64,000 bases of DNA from Dimorphilus gyrociliatus (GCA_904063045.1 CAJFCJ010000007.1:4161404-4225403), one strand, 5' to 3'; shown: positions 24,989-44,325, counted from the stretch's first letter. Made by a program: numbers and translations. The notes: generated by a model not told the origin, from the sequence alone.

Positions 24989-27363
24989 TTATAATAATTT
25001 CTCGCTCAATAATTCATAGATCATTCTTCGTCGAAAATAAGGCATATGTTCCTAATAATAGAAACGGTGATTAATTTCTTTGGAATTGTTTTTGTGAAAT
25101 AGAATATACCTGAGTGAATGTAAAATCTGCTCGGCGGGAATAATATTCGGCAAATTTACACGAAAACATCCCACAATCTGATCCGTTCATTTGTTGAGGT
25201 ATATCCTAATAAAAAATAGAAATTTAATATTATTGATATATTTAAAATATATTAATTTCATACTTTTATATTCTGAAACTTCCATCCAGTGAGATTCATT
25301 GTTTGCTTTTTCTTATCTTCCATCTCACAGCATAGATATTTCTTCATAATATCTAGGCAGGTTTGATTTCTACCGCCCATAGAATCAAAATATTTTACTT
25401 CCTTTTCTTTCAAATCGATGACACACATACACCAATGCATTCCCAAATGAACAGGTACTAAGATTATCTCTTTTGAAAATATATCAACTCGTCTCGTCCA
25501 TCTTCTTACTGCCGAGTATCCTTTCGACTCAAGGCTTGAATAGAAAAATGTATTAAAATTGTAAACTTTTGGTAAATTGTCATTTTCGTTGCTTCTTTCG
25601 CTTATTAAACTCAAGTAAAAATTTATGACCTGAAATATTTTGCAAATGTTAACAGGCGGTTATTAACTGTAATTTATTAATTCTTACTTCGTCATTTAGC
25701 CAGCTCAAACCTTCTAAAGTGGCAACGTCCAAACGTCTAATTGGTATATTAAATCTTTTGACTAGCTCTTTTTCTGATGCCGTTATTTGCAGGGCTTCAT
25801 CGATAACATTTTCTTGATCAGGTGTTAATTCTAAAGACGTGCAACTCTTCTGTAAATTAGGTTATGCAATACAAATTTTTATTAGCTAACCTTTAAATTC
25901 CTCACTTTCTTCGGCCTGATCAAAAGATTCTTCCAAAACAACTGGTTCCCTTTCAGCAAGTGTTAACTTACTTAATAAACGTTGTTGAGCCTCGACATGA
26001 AGTTTCTCTCTCTGTCAATTAATTATATATATTTTCATTTTAATTCAGACAAAAGTAAACTGAATAACCAACCTCCTTAGAGTAATAATCCGACTGAAAT
26101 TTACAACGTTCAATTTCCCTATCCGCTCTACGTTTGTCTTCAGAATATTTTCGCTGACTGATTAAAGATAACTTAAATGAAAAAATAGCTGATATAATTA
26201 TATAAAAAACACCTTACAATTGTGTGAGCCAATTAGGGTCGTTAACAATTTTACATTTTTTCAAATTTTCTTCAAATTTTTTTGGAGCACTTTTATCAAT
26301 CTTATCGTAATTGATTGATTCTGAAAAAGAAATTTGTTTTACTTGAGAAATATTATTGTGTAATTAAGGCTACTTTTAGAATCGAAAGTCAAGTCTATCA
26401 CACTTTCAGATGGACGTCGTCCTGTCGCTGGAGTTGAAGTAAATGCATGAGCTGGTCGGAAAGTACTATCAAACACTTCCAACGTCCTTCTATGTCATCA
26501 AAGGTTTCACATTTTAAATAATAGTAATTGAATTAAAACAATTTATTACTCATTCGTGTAAGGACTCATAAAAGAATTAGGCCTTAAAGAATTATAATGA
26601 ATAGATCGGGAACAGTGGGATTGAAGCAGTTTGGCATATTCTTTTTTCTCTCGCAATCTAATACTCTGCGAATCAATTATTTGAGTTAGTAATAGCAAAA
26701 CCATTTAGACTTTGCAACTTACATTTAGTGCAACCGATAAACCATATTTAGAATGTATTCTTGGAGGTGACGCTTTTGATGTTATTTTAGAATAGACCGA
26801 CACATAGGGCTTTGCTGGCGTAGACGTTGGAGGTGCTGAGAACTGATACATTTCGTTTGTTTTGCTGAAAGATATATTCGGTCTGAAAGAAAAAACATTA
26901 CATTATAGCTTTTTATTAAGGAATTTTTTTGCTCTTTTACTTCATTTGAAACATTTGCTTGGGAACATTTTGCTGATGTAAATTGGGATTGGAGCCCATT
27001 TGCAATTGGTTATGCTTTTGTTGATCCGACATTATTCCACGATCAGAATGATTCTGAGAGGACACGATGGTGTTTCCAAAGATTTGGCGATAAATCCAGC
27101 CTGTAAATTTGCTTGAACTTGATTTAGCCGGCAAGCCTATATCGAACTTTCCTCTCTTGCTCTCGTGCTCGCAGGATTCTCTAAGTAAGTGGGGAGAATT
27201 AAATACTATAATTTACTACAGTCAATGTTGACATATCTATTAACCCATCATGTCGCCTTTTGCGTGATATACATGGCTCTGTTGATATTTTTTCCGTGTT
27301 TGTTGAAAATAGGGATTTAAGTTTCGCTAGCATGATCGGAAACGGAAATTCCAATATGGACAT
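24989..27363 (-). CDS. SENP1: SUMO protease (Ulp1/C48 peptidase), SENP1/2-like, multi-exon
   Basis: WLNDEVINFY, FNTFFYSSL..GYSAVRRWTRRVDIF, VPVHLGMHW, YFDSMGG, IPQQMNGSDCG catalytic motifs; ends MPYFRRRMIYELLSEKLL*. N-terminal MLAKLKSLF...RKRRHD exon near 27333. Confidence 0.9.
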
Positions 27364-27594
27364 CGTTGTTAAAGGGGTAATCAGGATAAGTTTTTAAGCC
27401 GCTTTATTAATAGATTGGACCATTTTACATTTTTATAGTTATTAAGTAAATCGCTGATATTTTATCTTTCACGATATCAATAATTTTTAGAATATACCTT
27501 TTGATAGATAAATTGTCAATTTTCCATAAACAAAATCTGGGACTTTCTATTTTATAAATATTATCTCTCTGGGATAGGATCCATACTAATAATC

Positions 27595-28336
27595 ATGGCT
27601 GCCTTAGCGCGAACTTCTGTGAACAAAGTTTTTCCTCTAAAAAATTATGATTATTATCGAGTATGTCTAGCAATAACAAATCATTATTATATGCATTGAT
27701 TAAACATTCCTAAAGAATTTGCAAAATAGTCACTTTTTGAGGCGATGTTAAATACAAAAAACGTTAAGCGATAATAGGATCTTTTATCTTTCAGCATGCT
27801 GTCAACATAGTTCGTTTAGCATCAAACAAAGATGATAGTAGTAAATACGAATTATCAACCAGAAAATTCAAACATAAAGATGATCCAGAACCAGATTTAA
27901 ATCTTTTTAGACGAACTAGACCTGATCCTGCTGCAAAATTTCCAGAAAAAGAAGTCTTTCCTGGAGAGTTTTCATTGGAAAAACCCAAAGGAAAAATATA
28001 TGATAAAAAGCCGTTTAAGATATTTTTAGAAGCGGGAAAGACATATTCTTACTGCACATGCGGCTGGAGCCGATCTCAAGTAAGATAACTTGCACAATAT
28101 TTAATAAACCACATAACAAGATCTTTTTATTTTAAATATAGCCTTTCTGCGACGGGCAACATAGGAGAATAGATGGTACTTCAGAAATAAAAAGAACACA
28201 AAAATTTAGGCCAATAAGATTTACAGTAGAAAAATCTAAAGAGTACTGGCTTTGTAATTGCAAGCAATCGAATAATCGTCCATATTGCGATGGAACACAC
28301 AAGAGACAAGATATTCAAGATGCTATAAGATCTTAG
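27595..28336 (+). CDS. CISD3: Mitochondrial CDGSH iron-sulfur protein MiNT (3 exons)
   Basis: Presequence MAALARTSVNKVFPLKNY; two CDGSH motifs, YCTCGWSRSQPFCDGQH and WLCNCKQSNNRPYCDGTH; stop TAG 28334-28336. Confidence 0.93.
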
Positions 28337-28957
28337 TGTATTATCTTCAATTCCTATATGTATAGTTGATGAAAATAGATTTTGAATGTTTTAAATACAA
28401 TACCACGCTTTTCAGCTGTCAGAATTCAAGTAAATCCGATAATTACACTTTGTCCTATTATTAAATTACACGATACTCAGCCATCTTAACGAGGGTATTT
28501 AAGAACGTCAAAGACGGCTTAGTTACCAAATCAACAACGAAAATGATATATTTTAGTAGAGTTTCGTCACAAAGTGAATAAATCTTTCTTTACATAGGTT
28601 ATCAATAAGAGGTTTCTGTTTAAAAAACCTGTTTTTTTTTCTTTTGAAAAGATTCCAAGTATTAGAAATACTAATTTAGTTTTCATAAAGAGAAGAACTT
28701 GGTTAAAATCAATCATTTGATAAATTTAAAAAACAGCTCCTATGATGAGTTGAATAAGCCTTAAATGCTTAATATTGAGTTAAGGAGGGTAACAATATTG
28801 ATTGATAAAAATTTAGTTGTATTTAAGATTAAGGCGTTTCTACCAATGGAGAGCTCTAGACAACCACCTTATTGTACATTTTGAAGGCTACTCCTTCAAA
28901 GTACACAAAAGCGATATTTGTGACAAGCAGTCTCTCGTTTTATTCACAGTTGTGAAA

Positions 28958-31900
28958 ATGAGATATCTCTTGAAGCTTTTTATTGTTATAATAAGTGTCT
29001 CTACATCGTTATTAACTTCGAATTTTGATCAAGCTCAAAAAGATGAATTCGTTATTAAACATAATACTTTAAGATCAGGAGAAGCTGGTTCAAATTTATT
29101 AAAAATGGTACTTGAATACAATCTTCTAATTTTATTCTATCCTATTAATCCTTTCTATAAAGTTTCTTTTCAGTATAAATATTCAATTTTCGGCACTCTT
29201 TTATTCAAATAAACATTTACGTAATATGATTATTAAGCTAACTCTTGTGTTTATTTTAATCTTGAAAAGCGTTGGGATGATACTATAGCAGCTAAAGCTC
29301 AGGAATTAGCCGATAAATGCGTTTTTGAACACGATTTGACCTCCAATCTAACTGGTACCTTTAGTAATGTTGGACAAAATATTTTTGCTGGATCAGGTTC
29401 TCTTGATGTGTCGTATGCCGTTCAATATTGGTTTGATGAAAAATATAATTTTACTTTCGGTAGTCCTTGCACATGTTCAAAAGTTTGTGGTCACTATACA
29501 CAAGTTGTCTGGTCTGAAAGTTATGCTATTGGATGTGGTTTCAAGGAGTGTTCCCCACTAAAAAATAGTTCTAATAATGATCTATACGGTGGGTCCACCG
29601 CACACTTTATTGTTTGTAATTACGGTCCACCGTTAGTATACTTCTATAAAATATAAAACAGTTAATTCGTTAAAACTTTGTAATAAAATTATAGAGGAAA
29701 TACTCAAAGTTGTCCGTACAATCAAGGAAACCCTTGTTCTGGTTGCGGTATAGGCAAGACGTGTGAAACAAATTTATGCGTTGACAGTAAATACAATTGC
29801 ACTAAGAGACAATTCTTTGTGCCTGAAGCTTATTAATATCTATCTTATAACAACAACAGCGGTAACAACAGCAGCGACAACAGAGGCAACAGAAGCAGCA
29901 ACGACAGCAGCAGCAACAACAGCAGCAACAACAGTAGCAACATCAGCTACAACAAAAGCAGAAATTGCAACAACAGCAACAAGTCAAACAACAGCAGGAA
30001 GTGAAACAACAGTCGGAACACTGTCAACAAGTATTTCAGTTTATTCTTTATTTGAGTAATTATCCGCTTTCTTGTTATATAACCAAACAAAAATACTGCA
30101 TTGACAGCCGCGACTAAAGATGCGATAACGACAGAAGGTTTGACATCATTAATAATTCGCAATTATGCTTTCTGTTACATAATATTATTACTATAATCAT
30201 TATGCCCGCTTCGTTCTCCTCCTCCTTATTCTCCTATCATTAATAATTTCTTTATATAGTTTGGTTTAGAGTATTGTTACATAATAATAAAAATATTTTC
30301 TTATTTTTTGAAAGTAATCTGCTTTGTTTTCGCTTTCTTTTGTTGACAACTTGGTTATAATTGCTTTTAATCGTAAAAGATATTCGATACTAATTAAGGT
30401 ATCTAAAAAGATATAAAAGGCGTTTTTATCGTTCTTAATGTATACATGAAGTCTTCAATACTCAATCAGTGCCTTTTTAACTCTTCTTTTTTATTTATCC
30501 CCGACTGAATTTCACAGATGGTACTACCGCCCTCGAGGGACATACTACCCAGGAAACGACCACTGCAGGTCCGCTCCTTTTATCTTTTTAAGTTAGAGCT
30601 GTTTAATTTACTCTTCTTTTTTCTACCCCTTTTCTCAGTAGGTGGTGGAGGCACAACGTCCACTGTTACTTTTGTTAAGACGTCGGCGGTCACAGGTTAT
30701 AATGCCGTTATTAAATGCATACCTAGTAACTTTCCCTTTTTACTTTAGATTCTACTGGCACGACTAGGAAGATTACAATGTCAACAGAAAAAGGTACTTT
30801 TCAATAGGGTTTCGTATATAAATTATATACTGTATATATAGATATATATGGAATTTATCCTTTATAAATAAAAAGATGTATGCTCGCTTTTAAAACATTC
30901 ATATATAACTATTGATGCAGAAACAACCGCTAAGAGAATAACAACAGAATCAAGTATACCTATTTTCATGAAGGGCGTTTCCTATTTTTATTCAATCTCT
31001 TCTTTTTGTATTATATTTTAGGCGTTACCAGTCAGAGCACACCTGTTCAAACTGAGACAGAGACTTTGGGAGGATCAGTAACTACCATAGGTAATTATTA
31101 TCTTTAGTCTTAAAGATCCCATCACTATAATCAAATGCTGTCACTTAGGTGGAACAAATACAGCCTCAACCCACATAGGTAGGGGACTCTCTTCTTAATT
31201 CTTTATACTTTCCGTCTTTTACACCTTTAATACCTCTGTAGGAGGGAAAGAAACTACTTCTTTTGTTACAACTGCGACAAATAAGGTTACAGACAAAACA
31301 TCGACAGGTTGGCGCAAATTTTCCTTTTAAAGTAATCTAATATTGGTGAACCTCTTATAACAATTCATCTACTTTAGACGGACAAACCACAGGAAAAGCA
31401 GGTTCAATATCAACAAAGGCGGCAACAGCAGGTTCTTTACTTAGTCTCACCCTTCGAAGTATATTGTGTTAATTTATATGTAACAGCGGATAAAACAACA
31501 AAAGAGATAACTACAAAAGTGGAAACAACAGCGTTACCCATTACTCAGAAAACTTCAAAGACTACCGCAACAGTTAAAGGTTCTGATATTACAAATTAAA
31601 AAACTATATGTTTTATAGGCACGAACTCGTCTTAAAAAATATTAAACAAACAGAAAATCCAACCACAGTCAAATCGACAGAAAGTCCAACAACAGTTAAA
31701 CCAACAGAAAGTCCAACATCTACAGCCAAACAAAAAGAAACCACAACTGGTTCGAATTAATTAAATCATTCATCCAAAAAATTCAATTATACGTCGTTAA
31801 AAACTCATCTTCTTCAGCTGAAGATGTTACAACTGTGGGAAAGAATGATGAAACTACTAAAGCCAGAATTCTCGTCGAACGTTAGAAATAGGCCTTTTTA

Positions 31901-33136
31901 ATTGTCCACTACTACGATATGATTCTTTCTATTTAATTACCCAATATTTCTTTCTATAGAAACAACTGTTGATGACTCACAGCCATGTTCAGTCTGGACT
32001 TATCTTTGTAAAAATGGGGGAAAAGTTGTAATTAATAATAATGAATGTACTTGTTTATGCACAATTAATTGGCATGGGAAATACTGTAAAAGTATATAGC
32101 TTCTTTTTCTGCTGACCTATCTATTATACTCTTCATTCATTTGTTAATTATTTTTTATATACAATTTCTATTTGTACAGAAAACGTACAACAACTTAATA
32201 ATGGATGGCTTCTTAAAATTTATAGAGCGTCTTTGACCATTGTAATATGCTAATTAGTTCAAAAAATTTACATAAATTTAAATATTTTGCTATTATTTTT
32301 CGTAGTGGGCAGAAATAAAATCAGCTATTAAACTGAGTGTAAAAAAGGGAGTTAATGGTTATTGTAGAGAAAATGTTCACGAATGTTGTCCTGACATCGC
32401 GCAAACTGAACGCTACGCTTCAACTTTGTTGGCCTTCACTGGTGAGGATGGAGTAAAGATTGCAGATGGATATCCCGAAGAAAAGAGTCCTGGTTTGCAC
32501 GTAATGATTTTTATAGAAGTAGAAGAAACGAACGAATTATGCCTGGAAGCCTTAAAGAATCCGACACGAAGAAAGAGAGGTTTACCTATTACAACCAAAA
32601 GCCAAGAAATTACTGTAATAAATTGTTTTTCTTTTGTTTTGTAGCAACTACAAAAATAGTTTTGCCCCAGGAAACTTTACAAAAAATTTTGGAAAAATAT
32701 ACGGGAAGCATTAATCAAACCCTTCTTAATAACACAAATGCATCTTTATCGGTAAGATTTCCATTAGACGTCTATAAAGTTTACTATAACAAACAAATAT
32801 ATTCTCATTTATAGAGTATTGATAAACCCACATTGGAGAAAGATATTGAAAAAGAAGAGGCATCAAATGCTATTATCTATGTGATGGTTACGATTAGCAT
32901 TGTTGTTCCATTGATTATCGCTGTCATCGTAGCTTTTCTCTGTTATTGGCAACAAAAGTATATTTTTCAAATTAGAAAGGAAATATTTTATATTCCCTGA
33001 CATTTTTATTATTTAATCTAATAGGAAAAAAGGATTAGTTGAGAAAGACGCTTTATCTACTGAATACGCATCGGATGTACCAACTATACGAAAAAGAATG
33101 GACCCATATAGTAGATCGTATTTGTTTGGACGTTAA
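28958..33136 (+). CDS. Type I membrane protein: signal peptide, CAP/SCP domain, Thr-rich mucin stalk, EGF-like module, Cys-containing module with RRKR site, TM, short tail
   Basis: CAP motifs HNTLR, GQNI, CGHYTQVVWSESYAIGCG, FIVCNYGPPGN; many Thr-rich exons at 29860-31880; EGF-like CKNGG..ECTCLCTINWHGKYC at ~31985-32090; PTRRKR at ~32560-32579; TM AIIYVMVTISIVVPLIIAVIVAFLCYW at ~32868-32950; stop TAA 33134-33136. Confidence 0.8.
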
Positions 33137-33929
33137 TTTGAACGTATGAACATTTGCCATTTATTTTTTTCTTTTAATCTATCCTTCTGTTTTGATTTGT
33201 TTCTATTCTTTGGTTATTCCCTATTTTTCTGAGTTATCTCTGATTTTCTCACCAATAAACTCTTTTTCGTGGGTATACATACCTAGACATAATTGTGTAC
33301 TGTATAAAAAAACATACATTATAATAGGTCAAATCACTTTGTAAACTTTATATGTTAACAAGGTTTACAATCTTACCTGTTTATATATTGTATATATATA
33401 CTGTATATGTTTGTACGCTGTTTAGTTTGAGTTTTTTTTCCATTAGGTATATATCTAGGGAGGAAAGGGGAAGGTGATAAAAGTTAAAGAATAGGCCTGG
33501 TATTGCAGTCACTTTTCCCTTCTTAATATAAAATCAGAAACAATTGAAAATCGAATCTATACGTTTCTGGTATTGAAGAGAAGCTAAGAAAAATACATAA
33601 AAATAGAATATAAAAGTACATGTGAATATAGTATGATAATTTACACTTGATAAACTGTACAAAGTTCATAGGCTTAGTTATTTGTCTGCTTTGGGTGGAA
33701 TTTTACGATTCATTTTAATTCTTGTGGTAACTGGTACCGATAGCATCCGTTTTTTGGACATACGTCAAAAGACAATAGGCTCGATGTGATACCATAACTG
33801 ACGGAAGTTGGAGCGAATGAACAAACTCTCATTTAATTGTTAATCAACCAATTAGGCTGGTCATAAAACTGCTATAAAAAGTAAGAGTCAACACTGGTTA
33901 GTTTGAAGCAGATAGACAAAATTGGCGAG

Positions 33930-35643
33930 ATGAGCGATAGTAAATCTGATGGTACGTCCAACAATTTGTTGGAGAGGAGCGATTCGCTAACACCACCGGA
34001 AACACCATTAGCCAACAGAGTTAGAAATCAGTTAAGGAATCTACGAAAAGCTTTACGGGAGAGTGTTAATGAAACCTGTAACTCAGCAATGAATGCTGCT
34101 GGAAAATTTCGCAGACCAAGCAGAGAATCGAGTCCGAATCCACTGCAAAACTTTCGACAAAGGGCTGGTTCAAAGGATATTTTTAAGTAAGTACACATTT
34201 TTATTGATACGTTCAATAATAATATTGATAAATACTACAAGTAGAAAGTCTAGAAAGTCACAAGTAATTAGGAGAAATAAAGTACTTAACTAATTACTCT
34301 CATTGTCATAAACCGTGTTGTTTAATACAAACATACGTCATTAAAAAATACTTTGTAAGCCTATTTTTAACCTAAAATTATGTCACGTAATATGAAAAGG
34401 AAAAAGGATAATTTGATGTTTTTAGATTAATGATTTGACCTTTTATAGTTGTCCTGGATGCTCTAAACCTCTGGCTCAACCAAAACTTCTTCCATGTGCT
34501 CATACTATATGCCATCAATGTTTAAAAACACTTGCTGAACAAACTGAATTCAAATGTCCAGTTTGCAAGATGAACGTTCCTCCGGGAAGTTTCGAAGAGA
34601 ATCATATTGTACAAAGTCTTTTAGATATGTATAAGAAAGTTATTGGCGAAGGAGGTCAATGTTCTAATGAAGGCCTCGTGACTGGTACGCACGGTACCGC
34701 TGTGTCAATCTGTCTGCAATGCAGAGAGGATTTGTGTGATCAATGTTCTCAGCATCACACTCAAACTTCCATAACTGCTTCTCACGATGTCATCCAACAT
34801 TCAAAATTGAATGCAGGCCATTTTAGAGCATTACAAAGAGAGAGAAGGATGTTTTGTACATTTCATAAGGGCAAGGTTCTTGATATATTTTGCAGGAACT
34901 GCAAAGAGTGCGTGTGCTCACAATGCTTGGTTGGAGAACATCAAAAGCACGAATGTACTTCGATAGAAGAGGCCGCTGAAATAGAAAGAGGCAAAATAAA
35001 AGAGGCGTTGTTACTTGAAGAAACAAATGTATCCGAAGCATCAGTAGCTTTAGCCAGGGCTAATGATGATCTAAAGAAAGAGATGACCACAAATTTAAGC
35101 CAGGTTGAACAAATGGTAGATTCTGTTGCAGATGAGCTGATTCATACCTTTTCGAGAAGTGTAAATATATTATTCCGTAGTTTATTTTCTTCAATTATTG
35201 TAACTAATCGTTTGATTAATTAGGTCAATAACAAGAGAAGAGAATTGCTATTCGTGATAAATAACTTTGAAAAGGAACAGAAAAGCCTTCTAAAGAAGCA
35301 TAAAAATTCTTTATTAGCTCACCACACGGCTGTTAAGAGTATGCAGGTATAAACTACTTTGTTATCGCTTTGGTCTATGATACTAATTTCTTTAATTGTT
35401 TTTTCCTTTTTTAATTAGGATTTAACAAGCTTAATTTATCAGCATGGCAGCGCTGTAGAGATAATGAAACATTCGGAAAATCTACAACAAAAAGCTACTG
35501 AACTAAGAGATCAAGGTTCACAGCTTAAGGATGAAACTTGGAGGAGAAAAGTTCTATTTTGTCAAGTGGAGGGAGAATATGTTCCAAAGCCCAATTTAAT
35601 CGGTTCAATAACTCAGGATAAGTATCCTAGCCCAAATAGTTGA
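33930..35643 (+). CDS. TRIM/RBCC E3 ligase (RING, B-box1, B-box2, coiled coil); no C-terminal effector domain seen; 3' end approximate
   Basis: C3HC4 RING CPGC..LPCAHTICHQC..CPVC; B-box1 CLQCREDLCDQCSQHH; B-box2 CTFH..FCRNCKECVCSQC..EHQKH; helical exons follow. Confidence 0.85.
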
Positions 35644-36569
35644 ATAATCATATTGTTTTCTTTCTGTTTTTGCTAGAATATTCCTATAGACTTAATCCAG
35701 TTAATATCATTACTTTTCCTTGTTAGAGTAATAGTCATGTTTTATTACTATTATTATCATTATAAATTTTATCCATTGAAATATATTGCTTATTTAAATT
35801 ACACTAAATATGTTTCATTTTAACGATGTAATACAAATGTTTTTACCAAAAAAAAACAATATTTAGTTAAATAAGCCTTTTGTGTAAAATCAATAAAGTA
35901 AACTAGTTGTGAACATTGAGGATTTCAAATTATTGTGGACACCGCAAATTATATAAGTATAGAATCTAGTTCGTATTTCTGTTTCTGATATTAACTTTAA
36001 ATATTCTACTATTTCCCTCTAAACCTGGCAATCATCTTGATAGAACATATAATGTTACTACAGATGATATTTTCTTTCTATTTCTTTGAATTGAGCAAAT
36101 TAGCAATGTCAGAATAAATTTATTATAAATTTATTACATTACTTTCAACGGTCGATAATAGGAGGCGTTAAACCTGTTGAAACGGCAGATTCACCACTGT
36201 CTAGAAGATAGTGAGGACAAAAAGACGACGATCGTTCGATAAAATCAGTGAGTAATATAGATTATTAAATATATTACATTACATAGCGTAAAAACAAGAA
36301 AGAATTAAATTTACTTAATAAAAAAAAATCGATTTCTTTTAGCCAAAATAACGAAAGTCGGAAATACTTCTACTGACACAACAAAGAAAGATTTAAGAGC
36401 TTAGATGAAATTATTACTTTTTAATTATATATTAATTGAGAATATGGATTCTAAAACAATTTTAGTTTAATTATCGATTACAAAGAAAGAAAGAATAAAA
36501 AATAAAACATCTGTTGCTTGTTTTAATACTAAGCGAAAGCATTTATTTGACGCTGTAGCTCTTCTGACA

Positions 36570-37505
36570 ATGACCAATATTCTCCTTCAATTTTGTACAC
36601 TTATTGGAGGATTTCTTCTCCTTCTAGTTTTTATGGTCATACCATTAAAGGTGGTTCCTCTCTTCGCTTCAAAAAGATCAAAATGCTTTCAAAAAGCTCT
36701 GACTTGGATGAATTGTATCTCTGGTGGAGTATTTTTGGGAACCTGTTTTATTGCCTTATTACCAAACAATCAAGCATTTACTAGGAAAGCTTTGGAGGCA
36801 AAAAATATCAAAATTCACTATCCACTTTGCGAATTAATTCTTATGCTGGGATTTTTTATGGTTTTCATTTTGGAACAGTTTATGCACGCTTTCAAAACTG
36901 AAGAAACACCTACCACATCAAATGAAGAGACAGTAGAGGAGAACAACAGCGATGGTAGCGATGTTCAACTAATGCCATACAATCAAATTGGTCAACAACA
37001 CTCTCATTCTCATTCGCACATGTCGGGTTTATCTAGTGCCACAAATCTTAAAGGAATTATTTTGTATCTAGCCCTTAGTGTCCACTCAGTTTTCGAGGGG
37101 ATAGCTCTCGGCCTACAAAACGAAACCGACAAACTAGTGGATTTATTTATAGCTATTATCCTGCACGAATGCCTCGTTGCATTTGCCCTCGGTACGAATC
37201 TTATGAAAAAGAAATCTCCAAGATTTGTTGTTAAAGCAGCAATACTCTTTAGTTTAATGATACCCGTTGGTCAAGGAATAGGAATGATGATTGGAAACTT
37301 TAAGTCACCAAATGCAGATTTAGCGTCTGCAATTTTACAGACAATTGCAACGGGAACGTTTATTTATGTCGTTTTCTTTGATATTTTACCTGAAGAATTT
37401 TTTGAAAATCCGCAAGATACTCTTCAAAAGTGTTCATGCGTATTCCTAGGATTCGGTATAATTGCAGCTCTCCAAAGTATATTTGTGCACGATCACCTAG
37501 GATAA
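36570..37505 (+). CDS. ZIP-family zinc transporter, subfamily II (ZIP1/2/3-like), single coding exon
   Basis: NCISGGVFLGTCF, HSHSHSH loop, LALSVHSVFEGIALG, ILHE, IATGTFIYV. Confidence 0.95.
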   Translation: MTNILLQFCTLIGGFLLLLVFMVIPLKVVPLFASKRSKCFQKALTWMNCISGGVFLGTCFIALLPNNQAFTRKALEAKNIKIHYPLCELILMLGFFMVFILEQFMHAFKTEETPTTSNEETVEENNSDGSDVQLMPYNQIGQQHSHSHSHMSGLSSATNLKGIILYLALSVHSVFEGIALGLQNETDKLVDLFIAIILHECLVAFALGTNLMKKKSPRFVVKAAILFSLMIPVGQGIGMMIGNFKSPNADLASAILQTIATGTFIYVVFFDILPEEFFENPQDTLQKCSCVFLGFGIIAALQSIFVHDHLG

Positions 37506-37585
37506 ATGAAGAATGTTCTAGTTTCATTTTTCTTTCCCTCTCTACTCTATTAATGATACTGTATAATTTATACAATATATATATA

Positions 37586-37622
37586 TTAGTATATATATAT
37601 ATATATACAGTATATATATACA
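37586..37622. repeat. Imperfect (AT)n microsatellite in the ZIP 3' region
   Basis: tatatatattagtatatatatatatatatacagtatatatata. Confidence 0.8.
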
Positions 37623-38028
37623 TATTTGTATAAAATTTTGTGGTAATACTGCCTATATTATATAAAATATGTTCTCGTTTGAATAGTAATTTAATAAAAA
37701 ATATATAAAGGTCATGGCCACGGATTTAGTTAATGTTAACAGTTTTCTTGACAAAACGCTAATAAGATAAAAACGAAGAAAAAACAGCATAATTCTCATA
37801 TTAAACAATGGAATGAAAACAAATACAAACAAAAATTATAACATCAATTTACTGAGCATAAAATATCAATAGTAAGTAATAATAATGATAGTTAATACAA
37901 GTAGAATAGGTGGCTGCTTTTTTGCTAGGAGTTTCTTTAAACCTAAGACAATTTTATAACGTAAATAGAATGTTAAGTATTTAATTTCATTATTTTTTGG
38001 AGAGGTTAAACTTTTTTTTCTTTCAAGT

Positions 38029-43485
<5,457 letters not shown>

Positions 43486-44325
43486 ATTTTCAATCACAAT
43501 TTCTTATCTATATTGTGCACTGGCATTTCCTAAGTCACGTGTCTTCGTTTCTACGGTAATTTTCAAACAAAACGAAACAAGTCGATATTTGAAGGCCTTA
43601 ATCTTTAATAAAAATAAAACTCGTATAGCTATGACTAAACGATTCGTGAATAAAATTCAGCATCATATAATTTTTCATTCAATTTTTAAGGGAAAAAAAT
43701 ACGCTAATAACTTTATTTGGCTTATTTTTTTTGCTATTAACTTATATAGCTGGAATAGAAAATCGTTCAAAATAAATAGGCCTAAACACGTCTTTGTTAC
43801 CCCTCTATTCCAATATACGTCAAGCTTTGTTTTTTTTTTTATCAATAATGTAACTGGAACCACGCAAAAAAATAGGAAATTAGCAGACGAATTATATTAA
43901 CGTAACCCTTAACAATTTTTCCGCATTAATATTTTCAACTTTTAACATAGACCTTTGTTATACTATTATTTGTATTTAACAGCTATTTACATGATTGAAA
44001 AAGGAAAAGGTATTGACGATTTTCTATACTAAAAAATCATCGGGAGTTTCATAAAGAACAAGAATAGAACTCTTTCTAAAAAAGAAGAAAATCGTAAATC
44101 AATTGATTGATGAATTCTCTGGTGTAATCAAAGCCTAATGATTGGATTTATTTATACGTGTAGGGCGTATTATTCGCGTTAAAAGAACTTAAGCCACATT
44201 GTATTGAATATAGTCTAAGCTCTTCTCGGAAAGCAGTCCCTAGATAATGATTATTCATGTTTTTCTTCCTGATTGTCATCCTGCCTTAATTATGACTATT
44301 GGTCATGAATTCTACATCGCCAAGT

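Noticed and set aside
35622-35630. GTATCCTAG resembling a U12 donor in the TRIM gene
   Set aside because: Imperfect consensus, no convincing U12 branch point, and the frame simply reads on to a stop.
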